Shown piece after piece: positions 1 through 12,465 of a stretch of DNA of 64,000 bases. This DNA comes from Diplonema japonicum (taxonomy: Eukaryota; Protista; Euglenozoa: Diplonemea): the NCBI GenBank assembly GCA_964019335.1, contig OZ025691.1, positions 186,001-250,000 of the forward strand, in the 5' to 3' direction. A program made the position numbers and the translations under genes. Within the stretch, counting starts at the first letter, position 1. Each line of letters starts with the position of its first letter. The notes under the pieces were generated by a model. That model saw only the letters and a list, made by a program, of their open reading frames with translations, ran no database searches and was not told the origin of the DNA.

Positions 1-1
1 C

Positions 2-400
2 AGCATTGCGTGGTTTGCTGCAGGAGTTTGTATTGTGTTGGTGGGTTTGGTGATTCTGACTAAACGGAGCAGTAAAACCCCTGAAATAGGTTCGCCCTGC
101 AAGACCAGCAAGCAGGTCCAGTCTAACTTCGATGATCAGGACACGGCAACCCTCACAGGAAGGAGATCTACAGGTCTACCCTCCGACCTCAAGAATATCT
201 CCTTCAACCAAGTTCTTGCTCCTGGAATGTTAGCTGAGTCCTTTAGTCTCTTGCAAGACTACAAGGCACAACATGCGGTTTCCCCTGAGAAGAATGGCAC
301 GGTTTTGGAAGACGCACCTCTTCTTTCCAAGCAGAAGGGGCTGAAAAAGGTCTCGACCACTTCAGAGACGTGCAATGGGATTAACATCCAAGTGGAGTAG
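2..400 (+). CDS. 3' end of a membrane protein (5'-truncated by window), possibly a NIPA/DMT-family paralogue of the next gene
   Basis: Open frame from position 2: SIAWFAAGVCIVLVGLVILTKRS (TM helix plus basic stop-transfer) resembles the last TM of the downstream NIPA-like gene (GLFVGGIVVALLGLGILANRKS). Stop TAG at 398-400. Confidence 0.6.
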   Translation, partial: SIAWFAAGVCIVLVGLVILTKRSSKTPEIGSPCKTSKQVQSNFDDQDTATLTGRRSTGLPSDLKNISFNQVLAPGMLAESFSLLQDYKAQHAVSPEKNGTVLEDAPLLSKQKGLKKVSTTSETCNGINIQVE

Positions 401-539
401 GGGGGGGGGGGGATTTTCTTATTAGATGAAGTGAAAAAGAAAAGGACGTGATTTCGTGGATTTTTTTTATCCTTTTTTTTTTTTTTTTTTTAAGGTATTG
501 TTTCTTCTCTTCTCCGTTTCTTTCCCCTTTTTTTTTTAT

Positions 540-792
540 GGGGGGCAGCAAGACCTTTGGCCGGGTCTAGGTGTGTAACGACACCTCCCCTTAAGCGAGT
601 CTGTGCCCAGGGCGATGCACAGGTGACACGAGTGAGGCAAACCTTGGTTACGAGCACTGTCACCTAGGCACAAACAGACCTTTCAAAAAACATAGGTAAC
701 ATGGTCGCATTTGGCTTCGGGGCACTTAGAGCCGACTGTGGTGATCGTACTGAGAGCCGTATGGCTTGTGTCACCTTGACGTTGAGAGATTC
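540..792 (-). repeat. Structured GC-rich island next to an A-run on the minus strand; possible SINE/retroelement 3' fragment or ncRNA
   Basis: Three-way junction on +: GGGG(541-544)/CCCC(587-590), AGACC(551-555)/GGTCT(564-568), AGGTGT(569-574)/ACACCT(581-586). Abuts T-run 528-537. No convincing ORF. Confidence 0.35.
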
Positions 793-954
793 AAAAAATG
801 AAAAAGAAAAATAAAGGAAGTAGATGAGGGGGGGGTTTTTTTTTCTCTTTCTTTAGGCAACCACACGAAACTTTTTTTTTCTTTTTTTTTTTTCTTAGAA
901 ATTTCTCCCACTTCCCTTATTTTCTTTAGCAACCCGGGTTTGATCTGAAGGGAG

Positions 955-985
<31 letters not shown>

Positions 986-1724
986 TACCTTTAGGTTACT
1001 CGAGCTTTTAGAGATATGGGTTTTTTTCTTTTTTTTTTGTCAATCTTATCCCCTTTCCCCTTTTTTTTATTACTCGCGTGATCAATTCCCTTCACTTCCA
1101 TTTTTTTTTTTTTTTTTAAAGGTTCCCCTCCCACTTTTTCTCTTTCCAGAAATGGGTGGAAATGGGTGATGTGGGGACTCTTATTCTCTCGGTGCACCCC
1201 CCTCCTCCCCCTCCAGGATAAAAAGGAAGATAAAAAGAACATCATTTGTTTTTCTTGCTGTATCTCGTCTTCCGAGACATATGCTGAGGCTGCTATCTAA
1301 CAAGAGCTTTTCTAAGTTGTAAATCCCACTTCGTACCACCAGGGCTGTTCGGCTTTTAAAACAATAGATCTCTTTTCTTTTCTTTTTTTTTTTCCTTCTG
1401 ATTTATACTCCCCCTTCCGAAAAAAAAAAAAAAAAAAAAAAAAAAACGAAAGCAAGCACCAAGACCAGTCCTTACCTTTCCTCAGACGCCCCCCTCCCCT
1501 CCCTCCCGTTTCATTTTTGTTTAACCTATCTTGAGCGGTGTGATGATTGTGGCATGTTTTTTTTTTTTTTTTTTTCTCGTTTTTTGATAAAAAAAAAACA
1601 CTTTTTTTTTCTTCTTTTGTTCCCTAGCGTGCAAGATGGAGCAACCCAGTTTCTTGTACACCTACAAAAAAAAATAAGAGGAGGGGAAATAACGCAATCG
1701 AGATTCCTCAGCATGAACTGCCTT

Positions 1725-2328
1725 CAGGGGGGACATGGGGGTGGTAAAGTGGGTTTTTTCAAATTCGGAAATGCAGAACATTGGAGCCGCTTAAACCATG
1801 TAAAACGCCCCTTTCTCGACCAAAAAATCGATTTCCGCCCGGTACTTTTTACTTTTGGGCACCTACAAATCATTATTTTGCATTTTTAAAACTGGTGACC
1901 ACGGTTTGGTACCTGGCCTGTTGTCTCCCCTGTAGTTTCTGAGTTTTCTGAAAATTTTAGAATTTGACCATGGTTTGTTCCACCCTTTGAACGCGGCTCT
2001 TTAGGATGGCCGCTACCGTTTGAACGGCTACTGTCTTACATTGTCCGATTGTGAACTTTTCTGATGAATATCTATCATTTTTCCGAGGTTAGGATGGTAA
2101 GTTTGTTTTTGCAAATATTTCAGGTATCAAACCGTGGTCACTGTTTTTCAAAAATACAGATAAAGTATTAACAAGTGCTCAGAAATGCTCTAATCCGGCG
2201 AATTTTGATTTTTTGGTTAATTTGGAGGGTATTGGGCGGTTTTTTTTACCTTAGGGAAAAGAACTTTAAAAAAGATTTTTTTTTTTTTTCATGTTTAACC
2301 ACGTTTTTGAGGACCATGTGACCCTATG
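1725..2328. mobile_element. MITE-like element with long degenerate inverted repeats
   Basis: GTGACCACGGTTTGGTACCTG (1895-1915) vs reverse complement of 2121-2141 is 20/21 identical. ACCAAAAAATC (1819-1829) pairs with GATTTTTTGGT (2207-2217). Imperfect termini CAGGGGGGACATGG / CCATGTGACCCTATG. Boundaries approximate. Confidence 0.6.
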
Positions 2329-2476
2329 CTGGCAGGAAACGTGGAAACGTTTGCGTTTCCGTTCCCGTTTCCGTTTCCATACTTTTCAAAATTCTTATGG
2401 AAACGGCTTCCTTAAGGAAACATAAGGAAACGTTTCCGTTTCCGTTTCCCTTTTTTTCAAAAAATGCATAGCCCTA
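2323..2476. mobile_element. hAT-like MITE fragment with GGAAAC/GTTTCC subterminal repeats
   Basis: Many GGAAAC/GTTTCC motifs in both orientations. Ends GCATAGCCCTA (reverse complement TAGGGCTATGC), resembling hAT-type termini. Confidence 0.45.
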
Positions 2477-2864
2477 GGGGGGGGGGGGGGGGGGGGGAGT
2501 TAAATAGGCCGACAAAGAACCTTCCTTCTTTCCTTTTTTCAGGGGTCACTAGCAAGACACATCTAAACAAAGCCTGACAGACTCAAAAAAGAAGAAAGGA
2601 GGAAGGGGGGGGGGGGGGGGGGAAGAAGAAGAAAAATTAAAGAAAACAATATGGGGTTATCCGAACACGGCAAAAAAAAAAGACGACCCCCCCAAAAAAA
2701 TGAGAATTCATTAAAGAGGCTTCACTTGAGAAGATCGATCGGTGCTTTATTACTCCTTTTTTTTTTTTTTTTTTTTTTCTCTTTTTCTTCCCCCCCAAGT
2801 GGCGAACGAGAAAAAAAAAAGGAGGGAGGGAGGGGGGCGAAAAAAAAAAAAAAAACAAAAAAGA

Positions 2865-3651
2865 ATGGAAGTGAACTCAACAGAATGTGGTACTCATGTT
2901 GACAATAAAACAGTCTCGGGAGGGTTGGTGGCGATGGGGACCATCTTGGTGGTGGTGGCGAGTTTTATTTCTTGTTTTGGCGTGAATCTCCAGAAGTGGG
3001 CACATAACATTAATGAATCAAAACTACCGGAGAACCGAAAACCGATGCTGAAAAACTGGCGGTGGTGGCTAGGCATCTTGGCCATGATTCTGGGCTCCGT
3101 GATGGACATGGCCGCGCTGCTCTTCGTCCCGCTCTCAAGGGTTGCCGCCTTGGGTGCTTCAACTATTGTTGCAAACATTATTATAACCCCCATCTTCCTC
3201 AAAGAAAAGCTTACCCACCATGATTTCATCGGGTGCATTGTCACAGTGATTGGCACTGCGGTCGCGTGTTACTTCGGTGCTGGGGCTGAATCCGATCTAG
3301 ATTCTGCGTGTCTTCTATCATACTTTCGTGAGCCGCTCTTCATTATGTATGGTCTTCTTGTTGCTCTGTTCCTCCTTGTCCTTTTCTACTTTATCGAAGG
3401 TTTTCGGCGGTTGAACTCGAACGCCAAGACCCAAGGCCTCATAGGAGGTCCAGACCAACCCCCCGATCTTGAAACCGTTTGGATCCACGACAATCTCGAG
3501 ACCGTGGCTCAAATCCCGCGGGATAAGTATTTTGTTTTCGTAACGTCATGGGGCCCTCAGTTCTACCCTTGCGTGCATGCGGTGTACGCTGGCACTATAG
3601 GGGCGCAGAGTGTTATGTTTGCAAAGGTAGGAGAAATGGGGAGGGTGGAAG

Positions 3652-3685
<34 letters not shown>

Positions 3686-3977
3686 GTTTCACCCCAGGCC
3701 GTTCTGATCTTCCTCAAAAACTCGATTAAAAACGAGGAAACAACCAACTCCGTGTTGTACCTGTTTTTGTTTTTGGTATTTTTTTTTTTTTTTTTTTTTC
3801 TTATCCCCCACAAAGGTCCCCACCGTCTTCTGTCTTTGGAACCAGATAAAGTATCTAAACGAAGCGCTGAAAATATACTGCGACGCCATTTTTGTCCTTC
3901 CCGTGTACCAGGCGTTGTGGATATGCACCGGCATAGCGAGCGGGCTGATTTTTTACAAGGTACTGAATGGGGAAAAG

Positions 3978-4010
<33 letters not shown>

Positions 4011-4378
4011 AGTACAACTCCGTTAAGGGGTACAAGTCGGGGCTCTTTGTCGGGGGTATTGTAGTAGCCTTGCTGGGGTTGGGTATACTGGCTAACAGAA
4101 AAAGTCGTGCCATGGAGGTGCGAACCGAAGTCCCCGACGGTAAGGAGAACGAAAAGCCTGTCAATGCTGAAATGGCAATAGGGGTCGAACTGGAGGAAGA
4201 GATGCCTACCATGCGGTATAGCCCGCAGCTCGGCCCTCAGGACATCGGTGATGTTTCCGACCCTGGATTTTCCCCCGTCACACTGACCTTGGTAGAGGAA
4301 GGATCAGTAGTGCGCACTTGCCTGTGCACCGATTCTGATCGAGAATCGGCTTCTGAGCTCGATCTTACCTTGAAATGA
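2865..4378 (+). CDS. NIPA-family (DMT superfamily) Mg2+ transporter-like protein, 4 exons
   Basis: ATG 2865. Introns 3627-3697, 3776-3815 and 3960-4009 (all GT-AG, phase 0). Splicing restores NIPA motifs GVNLQK, WWLG, ALLFVPLSRVAALGA, QIKYLNEAL..VLPVY..GLIFYKEY. Confidence 0.88.
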
Positions 4379-5914
4379 TGATTCCTTCTTTTTTTTTTTT
4401 TTTTTTTTTTCATTTCCATACTTTACAGTATTTTTTTGTTTTTTTTCTTACCCCCCCCAAAAAAAAAGACCGAGGAGGGCACGAGAGAGAGTAAAAAAAA
4501 AAAAAAAATAGAAGATGCAAAAAAAGTAAGAAAAAAAAATGGGTGAAACCTCCCCGAGGAGAAACGAAAAAAAGAAAAAAGAGGGAAGAGAAGAGAGAGA
4601 GAAAAAAAAAGAGTTGAATGTGTACTTTTTTTTTTTTCCTTCTTTCTTCTCTCTTTTTTCTCCCCTCTTATAAAAGAGTCAAAAGAAGAAGAAAAAAAAA
4701 TAGTAAATGTGAAATAAAGACTATGTGAAAGAGGGCGTGAGCGAAAAAAAGAAAAAAAGAGAAAAAAAAAAAACAGAACTAAAAAAAACCAAACACCGAG
4801 ACGGGTGGAGACCCCTTTCCCCCAGGAGGGGGGAGGGAAATGATATGTGCGACTCAACAGACCAGTTACAAAAAGAACACAAAATACTCCTCTTAGACCC
4901 TCCCTGCCCTTTCTTTTTCCCCTTTCCCCCATTGCTTCTTTTGTTTCTTCGGGTAGAACCAATATGTATTTAAACTCACACACACACACACGCTCGCACA
5001 AAGGCGGATTTCCCCTTAGTCCCCAGAAAAGTGTCAGGCGGAAGAAGAAAAAAAAAATAATGAGATCTTTCTCACCTTCTTTTTTTTTTTTTTTTTTTTT
5101 TTTTTTTCTTGGGCATCATTGAAAACAGCCTACAACATAAGTATGGTACCCCCCCCCCCCCCCCCCTTTCCTCTAGAAATGAAATTAGAAGATTAGAAAT
5201 CATGGCCGCCAACTCCCTCCCCCCTACACTAGGCAAAACAAGAAAAGAGACGAGTAGGGCCTGTCTCGGACCTTGTCAGCTAGCTTTCTTTTGGGTAATT
5301 TGCGGTTGTGATTGCACAGGCTCCCTGGGATGTTGTGCCCATAAAAGTTCCCCCCCCCCCCCCCTTCTGTTTTTTTTCTTCTTCTTTTTTTTCCCCCCTT
5401 TATTTCTCAACGGGGCTCAGTCCACTGTAGTTGTTGAGTCACCTGCGACTGAAGCAAGAAGAAAAAAAAGAAAGAAAGGGAAAACTGTAACCATGCTATG
5501 CTTATTATTTTTCGGCATTTTTTTTTTCTTTTTTTTCTTTTTTTTTTTGTGTGTGTGAGTTCCAAGGTACAGTGCATAAGACCCAAGCGCCCCCCCCCAC
5601 ACACACACACACACACACATAACTCCAGCTTTTTCTTTCTGTTTTTTTTTTTTTTTTTTTTTTTTTTGTTTCCCCTGCATTTGTGTGCTCTCATTCTCTT
5701 GGTTCCCCCTTCCCCCTTTTTTTTCCCCCCTCTTCTTTCAACTACACGGCCAAAAGGACAAAACAAAGAAATCCCCAAAAAAAAAAAAAGAAAGCCCACA
5801 TTTAAAAAAAAAAAAAAAGAAATCCTTTTATTCTTTTCTTCTTGTATCAAGTTTTTTGGTCCCCCCCCCCCATCCTCTCACTCATCAATTCAAAAGGAAA
5901 ACAAGAAAAAAAAA

Positions 5915-7230
5915 ATGAACAGCAAATTCTGTGCAGCTGTTGCAGCAACGGGAGGTGCCGCATGGTACTGCCTTCGAAGGTCTAAGAACAGGACGGGGGA
6001 AGAACAAGACGAAGAAGAAGCAACTCTGTCGGCGGGGTACCGCACAAAACAAAGAGGTGTAGAGATCGCCGAGGGCGACAAGGGTTTCGCAAGACTAGAC
6101 ACCGACGGCACAGTGAAAAGGTGGGGCATGCAAGAAGGCGACGCAGAAGGCATCGCAGCCATCATCGGCGGCGAAGCCGGATGGATCGCACTTACAGAAT
6201 CAGGCGAGATAGAAGTATGGGGCGAGATAAAGGAAATGGAAAAGGAAGTCTCTGTCCACATCCCGAAAAACCCAACCTCTATCATGGGCACGAAACGAAC
6301 CTTTGTCATCCAGAACAAGGAAGGGTTCTGCCTGCTGTGGGGAATATGGGGCTACAGCTTACTTGAAAAAACGCATATCGCCGAGATCCGATCCAACGAG
6401 TACGCTGACGCAGCAGTCCTCTCGACAGGCAAGGTCTTGACAATCGGGGCAGATGCCTACGGCGGCGGCAAGACAAACATAACCGCGACAAAACTGTACT
6501 CCACAAGCCAAGCCTTTGCCGGGATCGACAAGGACGGTACCGTTCAATGCTGGGGAGACCAGCAGTCCGGTGGATTGCTCCCGGCACCCCTCACTTCCAT
6601 CCATTGCATCTCCTCCACTACACAAGCCTTCACAGCGCTTTCTGAATCGGGCGAAGTCACGTCATGGGGCGACCCTACCCGGGGTGGCAAGTCACCCGAC
6701 ACTGTGAAGGCGTTCAAGGTTAAGCAGATCGCATCGACAAAATCAGCATTCGCAGCTTTGACAACCTGCGGGAAAATATTCGTGTGGGGTTCGAAAATCT
6801 TCGGCGGCGCACAGGACAAAGCGGACATGGCGATTCAAGGAAGGACCATGAAGTCCGTTGTCGGGGGGGCTTTCGCCTTCGCTGGCATCACTGATGTATG
6901 TGGGCAACAGAAAGAAAAAAAAAATAATAATAATAATAGGACGGCTGTCTCGTGGCATGGGGCGACTCAGAGTTCGGTGGTTCAACAGCAGACATCCCAC
7001 CGTCGCACCTTTTAAACGTCACATCAATCACAGCAGGCGAGCGCGTGTTCGCAGTGCATCGCTCCGATGCCTCGTGCACTGTGTACGGAAGCACCGAACG
7101 AGGCGGTGACCCGACCACGAAATACCACAACGTGGAACGAGTTGTGATCGGCCTGCGTGCGGTGGTAATACTTCACTTCGACGGAACACTGACCTGCCTG
7201 GGCGACAGAAACTTCGGAGGGAAGCTGTGA
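5915..7230 (+). CDS. RCC1/BLIP-II-like repeat beta-propeller protein, 2 exons
   Basis: Repeated AFAAL..DG.V..WG...GG units. Intron 6896-6939 joins ITD|DGCLVAWGDSEFGG in frame. N-terminal hydrophobic anchor. Confidence 0.85.
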
Positions 7231-7249
7231 TCAGATTTTTTTTCTTCTT

Positions 7250-7289
<40 letters not shown>

Positions 7290-7319
7290 CTTCTCTTCCA
7301 AAAAAATAATAAACCAGGA

Positions 7320-8727
7320 ATGGCGCAAGAACCCAAAATCGGGGTTATCATCCCCGATGTGGCGGTGGTCAAGCAGCTGGTCGACGCGTTATGCTACTCC
7401 AGAGGCGGGCCCCTCCCCGACTGGGACGATGTGTACGAAAGCCATTGCGGGAAATCAGGTGAAATATTAGAAGAGAGGAAAGACTTAGGATGCGTACAGA
7501 TGGCATTCTCTGACGGCCACAAGTACTGGTACCCCATGAAGGCCCTCACAAAAAACATCACAAACGGGAAAAGCCTCAGCGCAGGGGTTGCAAAGGGAAA
7601 AGGTGCCGTCCCGGACACAGTGAAGGCGAAGTTAGTGGACATCGTGAAGAAAACATTCGGCGACAAGGTGAGCGTGGCAAGATTCGCGCGAACGAGGAAC
7701 TTCGAAGACAGCCGGGAAGAGGAAGACTGGGCCATCGGCATGGAAGCCGTTTTGAAAGAGGTCGCCCCACAGATACACAACACAACACCTTCTTCAGACG
7801 CAACCCGAATGGCCGATCTACAACAAGCGAGACGTGCGGGCGAACTCGAAAGAGATTTGATTCTATCAAGCAAACTGTTAAAAAAGATGAAAGAAGAACG
7901 GCGTGCAGACCTTGCAAGCCTTGAAGCAAACCGTGGTTCCCGGGCTTCTGAAGACGCAGCGCTTCACGAGATCATAAGGCTTATAAGAAACGAGAACGAC
8001 GATCTTCGAACCCAGCTGACAGCGAGCGATCAATCCAAAGAAATCGCAAGAAAAGAAGCTGCGGAACTCTCCCGGCAAGGCAAGCTTTTAGAAGACACAT
8101 TGAGGGAGCAGTCACTTGCTATGGAAAGGATGCGGGCCGAGCTTGAGGATAAACGGAAGAAGGATAGAGACGCGCCTCTTTTGGATTTCAAGGCGCTGCG
8201 GGAGTCGAACACACCGAGGGCGAGAAGAGCACGCGCTTCGACCCCGCCGGCTCGCATCTCGGGGAACGCTGGAATGCGTCGTGCTGCTACCCCGCCCACC
8301 ACAAAACGTGTACCGACTTTTTCAGTAATCACAACACGTTCGTTGTCACCAGGAACGCTTCCCACTGGAAGGACTCCTGTCGAGCTTAACAGGCGGATGC
8401 AGCGGTCAGAATCACTGCGGTCTGGCGGGACAAGGAAAGGAGTCAGACGTACACAGTCCCCTGACACTATTCATCTTGGGGGTGTAGCGATATCCCCCAG
8501 CTACAACACCGATAGGGTCCCCAAGCGGTACGAGAGGTCTCATACAACCGGGTAGGTTTGTTTTTTTTTTTTTTTATTTTTTTTCCGAAAAAATATAATT
8601 TTTTTTCTCTTTTTTTTAAAGGACTGTGCGGACGTCTTCTCTTGGTCGAACGAACACTTTACCACCACCTCCCCCACCTTCGGATGGAATGTCCAATATT
8701 ACCAGGACTTTGAAATATGATATTTGA
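7320..8727 (+). CDS. Coiled-coil protein with N-terminal Mind-bomb SH3-repeat-like motif; probable 2 exons
   Basis: ATG 7320. WDDVYESHCGKSGEI..V.MAFSDG..YWYP resembles the Mib SH3 repeat. Candidate intron 8552-8621 removes the TAG at 8553 and adds TVRTSSLGR...KYDI*. The unspliced stop would be 8555. Confidence 0.7.
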
Positions 8728-8804
8728 AGAAATAAAAACAGGAGGGAAACAGAAAAAAGAGAAAGAGAAAAAAATGGGGGGAAGTGTGATTTTTGTTTTT
8801 CTCT

Positions 8805-8835
<31 letters not shown>

Positions 8836-9304
8836 CATTTCATTTGTATAAAAAATTAAAAGAAGTCTTAAAAAGTTAACAATGAAAACAGAAAAAGTGA
8901 AAAGTGAAGATGAAGAAAGAAGAAGGAGAGAAAAGAAAAAGAGATAAAGTTTTGTCGCGAGTTTTTTTTTCTTTCTTGATTCATTTTTTTTTTTAAAAAT
9001 CTAACAATAGATAGAACATCCCTCTCCGCAATTCCCTCTCTCTCTCTCTCTCTCCCCCCCCCTTTTTTTGATCCCCCCATTCCCCCTCCCTCCCCTCTTT
9101 CTTTTAACAACTAAAAAAATAACAGAAGGAATTAAAAACGAAAGAAAACATAGGGGCTTTTTTTTTTTCTTTTTTTTTCTTATTCTCTTTTTTTTTTTTT
9201 TCTTTTTACCTCCTTGCCCCTTTCCCCCTTTGTAAAAGATTGGATACATCATTTTTTTTTCTTCTTGTCACGTTCTCTCATCCTCACTCAAAGGCCGCTT
9301 GAGG

Positions 9305-11126
9305 ATGTCGGCTCAAAGGTTGGCACTCCAAAGGAGATGGTGCACTGCAGTAAAGGGCCAGATGGAGCCGTTCGGGCAGTTCGCACCACATGAAACGAGA
9401 AACACCGCAGACTGGGGTGTACCAGGAGACGCGGAAGTGGAGAAATCAAAATTTGACACCAGACTGTGGAGATCACAGACTGAGGAATGGCGTGCAGGGG
9501 AAGAAGACGACCTCTGGGAACTGCTCTTCCCCGTCGATGCAGGCCAGATGAGAAAACTGGTTCATGTCCGGCCTTACTGGATGAACTCATACGCAAGGTG
9601 GGTGCACAAAGCTCACGCCTATGCAATGTATGCAATACAAAAAAAAAAAAAAAAAAAAAAATCATTCAAATACCTTTCAAGGCAACCGAGATACGACGAT
9701 CGGATGCTGCTCCCCGACCACCCTTCTCTCTCCGCTGAGGATAAGCACGTCGTTGACATGTTGAAGCAGACTTGGAAAGGTATATACCGGCAAGCAACAA
9801 AAAAAAGATTAAAGAAAGAAAAAAAAAGGTTCGAAGTCCCTCAACAACGACGAGCAGATGATCATCCGGGACAGGCTGCTTGACAAGATCCTGAACGTGA
9901 GGATCGGCGACGTTGCCAAAGGTGCTGATTTCTCCAAAGACGACTACTACCTCCACATGCTGTACTGGTACAGGGAGGACCCTCAAAGCCTCGTCGACAA
10001 GATCCGTGAGGAAGGCGAACGAGAATCTGTCTTCAAAGAGGTGGCCGTCATGAACCGCCTTGCAAAGTTCAGCAAAGAAGCCGCGAACATCAGGGATCTC
10101 ATGGACCCGTTCCGAGACCTCCCCCCGAAGCTGGCGTACCTCGCCAAGGAAGAACTCCAGGATAAGGTTCTCGCCGACAAAATGCTAATCCAAAAATGCG
10201 GGCCCGAAATCTACCAACTCTACTCAAGATCACCGGAAAGATGGCCGCCCGAACGCCTGTCGAGAATGTACGGGTTGACCTTGCAAGACACAAAGGAAAC
10301 AATATGCCGGCAAGCAGAACAAGCCGCATACGAACAGGGCGTGGAACCGGATCGAAACCTACGAAACAGACTTTTTATGCATGAAAACCTCGCGATGAAC
10401 CGGTCCTTGGGGAACCTGCAACCGCAATGGACCGAGAAACCAAAAACAGCGTTCATGGGCGACAAGAAACTGTTCAAGGAATATCTTAAGAAGAGGGAGA
10501 CAGCCTACACGCATATCAACGAGATGGACGACCCCTACCGGTTCTTGGAGACGGAGGAGGACCGGAAGGATTTCTGGGGCGACAACTACGAGTACTATAA
10601 CGACGCGTACCCTGACTTGAACGACATGTCCAAGCACCTCCAGCCGGTTTACCAGATCGACGATGACAAGTCATGGTTGAGTGAGGCGTACACAAAATCC
10701 ACGAAGTCAGACACGAACTGGGTATTCGCTGAGATGTCTAACAATGTCGGGCACAAATACTGGACCCACGACCTCCGAGCAGAGAACCCCAAGAGGCGTA
10801 GGTTCATAGTCAGGCAGCCCGACGGCACCATGCGCACTGCCAAGAAATCTGAAATAGACCACTGGTACGACTTCGAAGACCACACCTATCAAAGGCCTGA
10901 CTTCACCTATTCGTACAGAGCGCCGCAGGATAAGTCCGAGAGACCTTATCTTCCCCAGAACACCCAAACCCCTTGGATGAACCACAGCAAAAACTACGCC
11001 GGTCAGTTCCGACAGGTGGACGGTTTCTTCCAATCGAACTTTACCAGAACCGGCAGGTACTCCGTCATGGGCGATCCGAAGGCGGGCACTCCTACCAGCA
11101 CGTTACCGACATCTGTTGTAGCCTAG
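9305..11126 (+). CDS. Mitochondrion-targeted protein, probably mitoribosomal small subunit (mS22/mS45-like), 3 exons
   Basis: Transit-like N-terminus MSAQRLALQRRWC. Introns 9628-9681 and 9780-9828. EIYQLYSRSPERWPPERLSRMYGL resembles mS45/neugrin-type motifs and RRFIVRQPDGTMRTA resembles mS22. Family assignment is from motif recall. Confidence 0.65.
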
Positions 11127-11348
11127 AAGGGAGAGTGAAAATGAAACTTATTTTGAGTGTAGTGGTATCATGTGGGAAGGGGGAATTCTATTCTTTATGA
11201 GAAGAAGAAGAAAAGTGTTTTTTTTTTAGGCTGTTTTTCCCCTCCCCATATTTCCCCATTTTTTTTTTTTTTTTTTTCTTCTCCAATAACATTTTATCTT
11301 AAAGAAAGAAAGGAAAGGAAGGGGGTGAAAAAAAAAAAAAATAGAAAA

Positions 11349-12212
11349 ATGCTTCTGTGCACGCTCACAACGATAGTCGCAATGGCGGGGGTGAGGGAAA
11401 GCTTGATAGAAGCTGCTTTGAAGTCACCTGAAATGGTCGGTGCACAGGACAAGCAAGGCTGGCTGAATCTGTTTGTGGAAGGCGGGGTCATAGAAGACCC
11501 TGTGGGGGGAACATTCCAAAGCACCGAAGAGGATCGAAGCAGGTTTTGGGACATGTTTATAAAAGATAAAGGGATTGACCTCATTCCAGAGTGCGAGGAC
11601 ATCGTGGACGAAAAGAACCATGTAGTGGTGAGGACGTTGAACATCCGGACTAAGATCTACGGGGGGTCGGTGTTGAATGTTCCTTTGCACGTATTATACA
11701 CCTTTCAGAAGGAGAGTTTCAAGGTTGAAAAGCTTCAGGCTTTTTGGGACGCGTCTGAGTCCAGCCCCGTGTCTAAAGATTTCGCCGACATGCCGTCGTT
11801 CGTTTTCGGATCGATTTCGGTTTTGAAGCAGATTTATGATTTTTCCTCCCTGGGCTGGCTCGGCGAGTACCTTTCATCAATCTCCCTCCACAACTGCGGT
11901 CCGGCAGGGAGGGAAATCGTGAGAAAACTCGTTTCCGACGGGGACCGAACCGGTCTTTTCGCACCTGATGCCACCATCGTGTTCCCTCTTCAGGACCGTG
12001 TCTTGATCCCAGCAGACGCTGACAGCCAATTCCCCACTGATTTAGAGATTTTCAACGTTCACTCTTCGGGGAAGTGGGTGTCCTTCAGTATTAAACTTCC
12101 TGAGACAAAATCGCAGCCCGACAACGGGATTCCTGTCGCTGGTGTGGGTTTCGTGAGATTCACATCTGCATCAGAGCTTGTGATAGAGGAGGTGATGATG
12201 TACACGTTCTAG
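11349..12212 (+). CDS. SnoaL/NTF2-like (ketosteroid isomerase-like) protein with signal peptide
   Basis: SPEMVGAQDKQGWLNLF..GG.IEDPVG..RFWDMFI matches the SnoaL-like N-terminal motif. Intronless. Confidence 0.75.
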   Translation: MLLCTLTTIVAMAGVRESLIEAALKSPEMVGAQDKQGWLNLFVEGGVIEDPVGGTFQSTEEDRSRFWDMFIKDKGIDLIPECEDIVDEKNHVVVRTLNIRTKIYGGSVLNVPLHVLYTFQKESFKVEKLQAFWDASESSPVSKDFADMPSFVFGSISVLKQIYDFSSLGWLGEYLSSISLHNCGPAGREIVRKLVSDGDRTGLFAPDATIVFPLQDRVLIPADADSQFPTDLEIFNVHSSGKWVSFSIKLPETKSQPDNGIPVAGVGFVRFTSASELVIEEVMMYTF

Positions 12213-12465
12213 GGAGAAGGGGGATGAAAATAGTGTATCCTGCTGCTTCTATTTGATTGTTGTAGTTATACAATCCTGGGAGAAAATAAATTGGAAAAAA
12301 AAAAAATCCCCATCTTTTTACGTTCTCTTTCTTTTCTTCTTCGTTTTCGTCAGAAGTTCTGTACTGAATGTCGGGTAACGTGTCTACAAGTTTTTTTTTT
12401 CATTATTTCTTTGTTTTTCTCTGTTTCTCCCATCCTTTGACGCCCTACCCTTCATAGGACCAACT

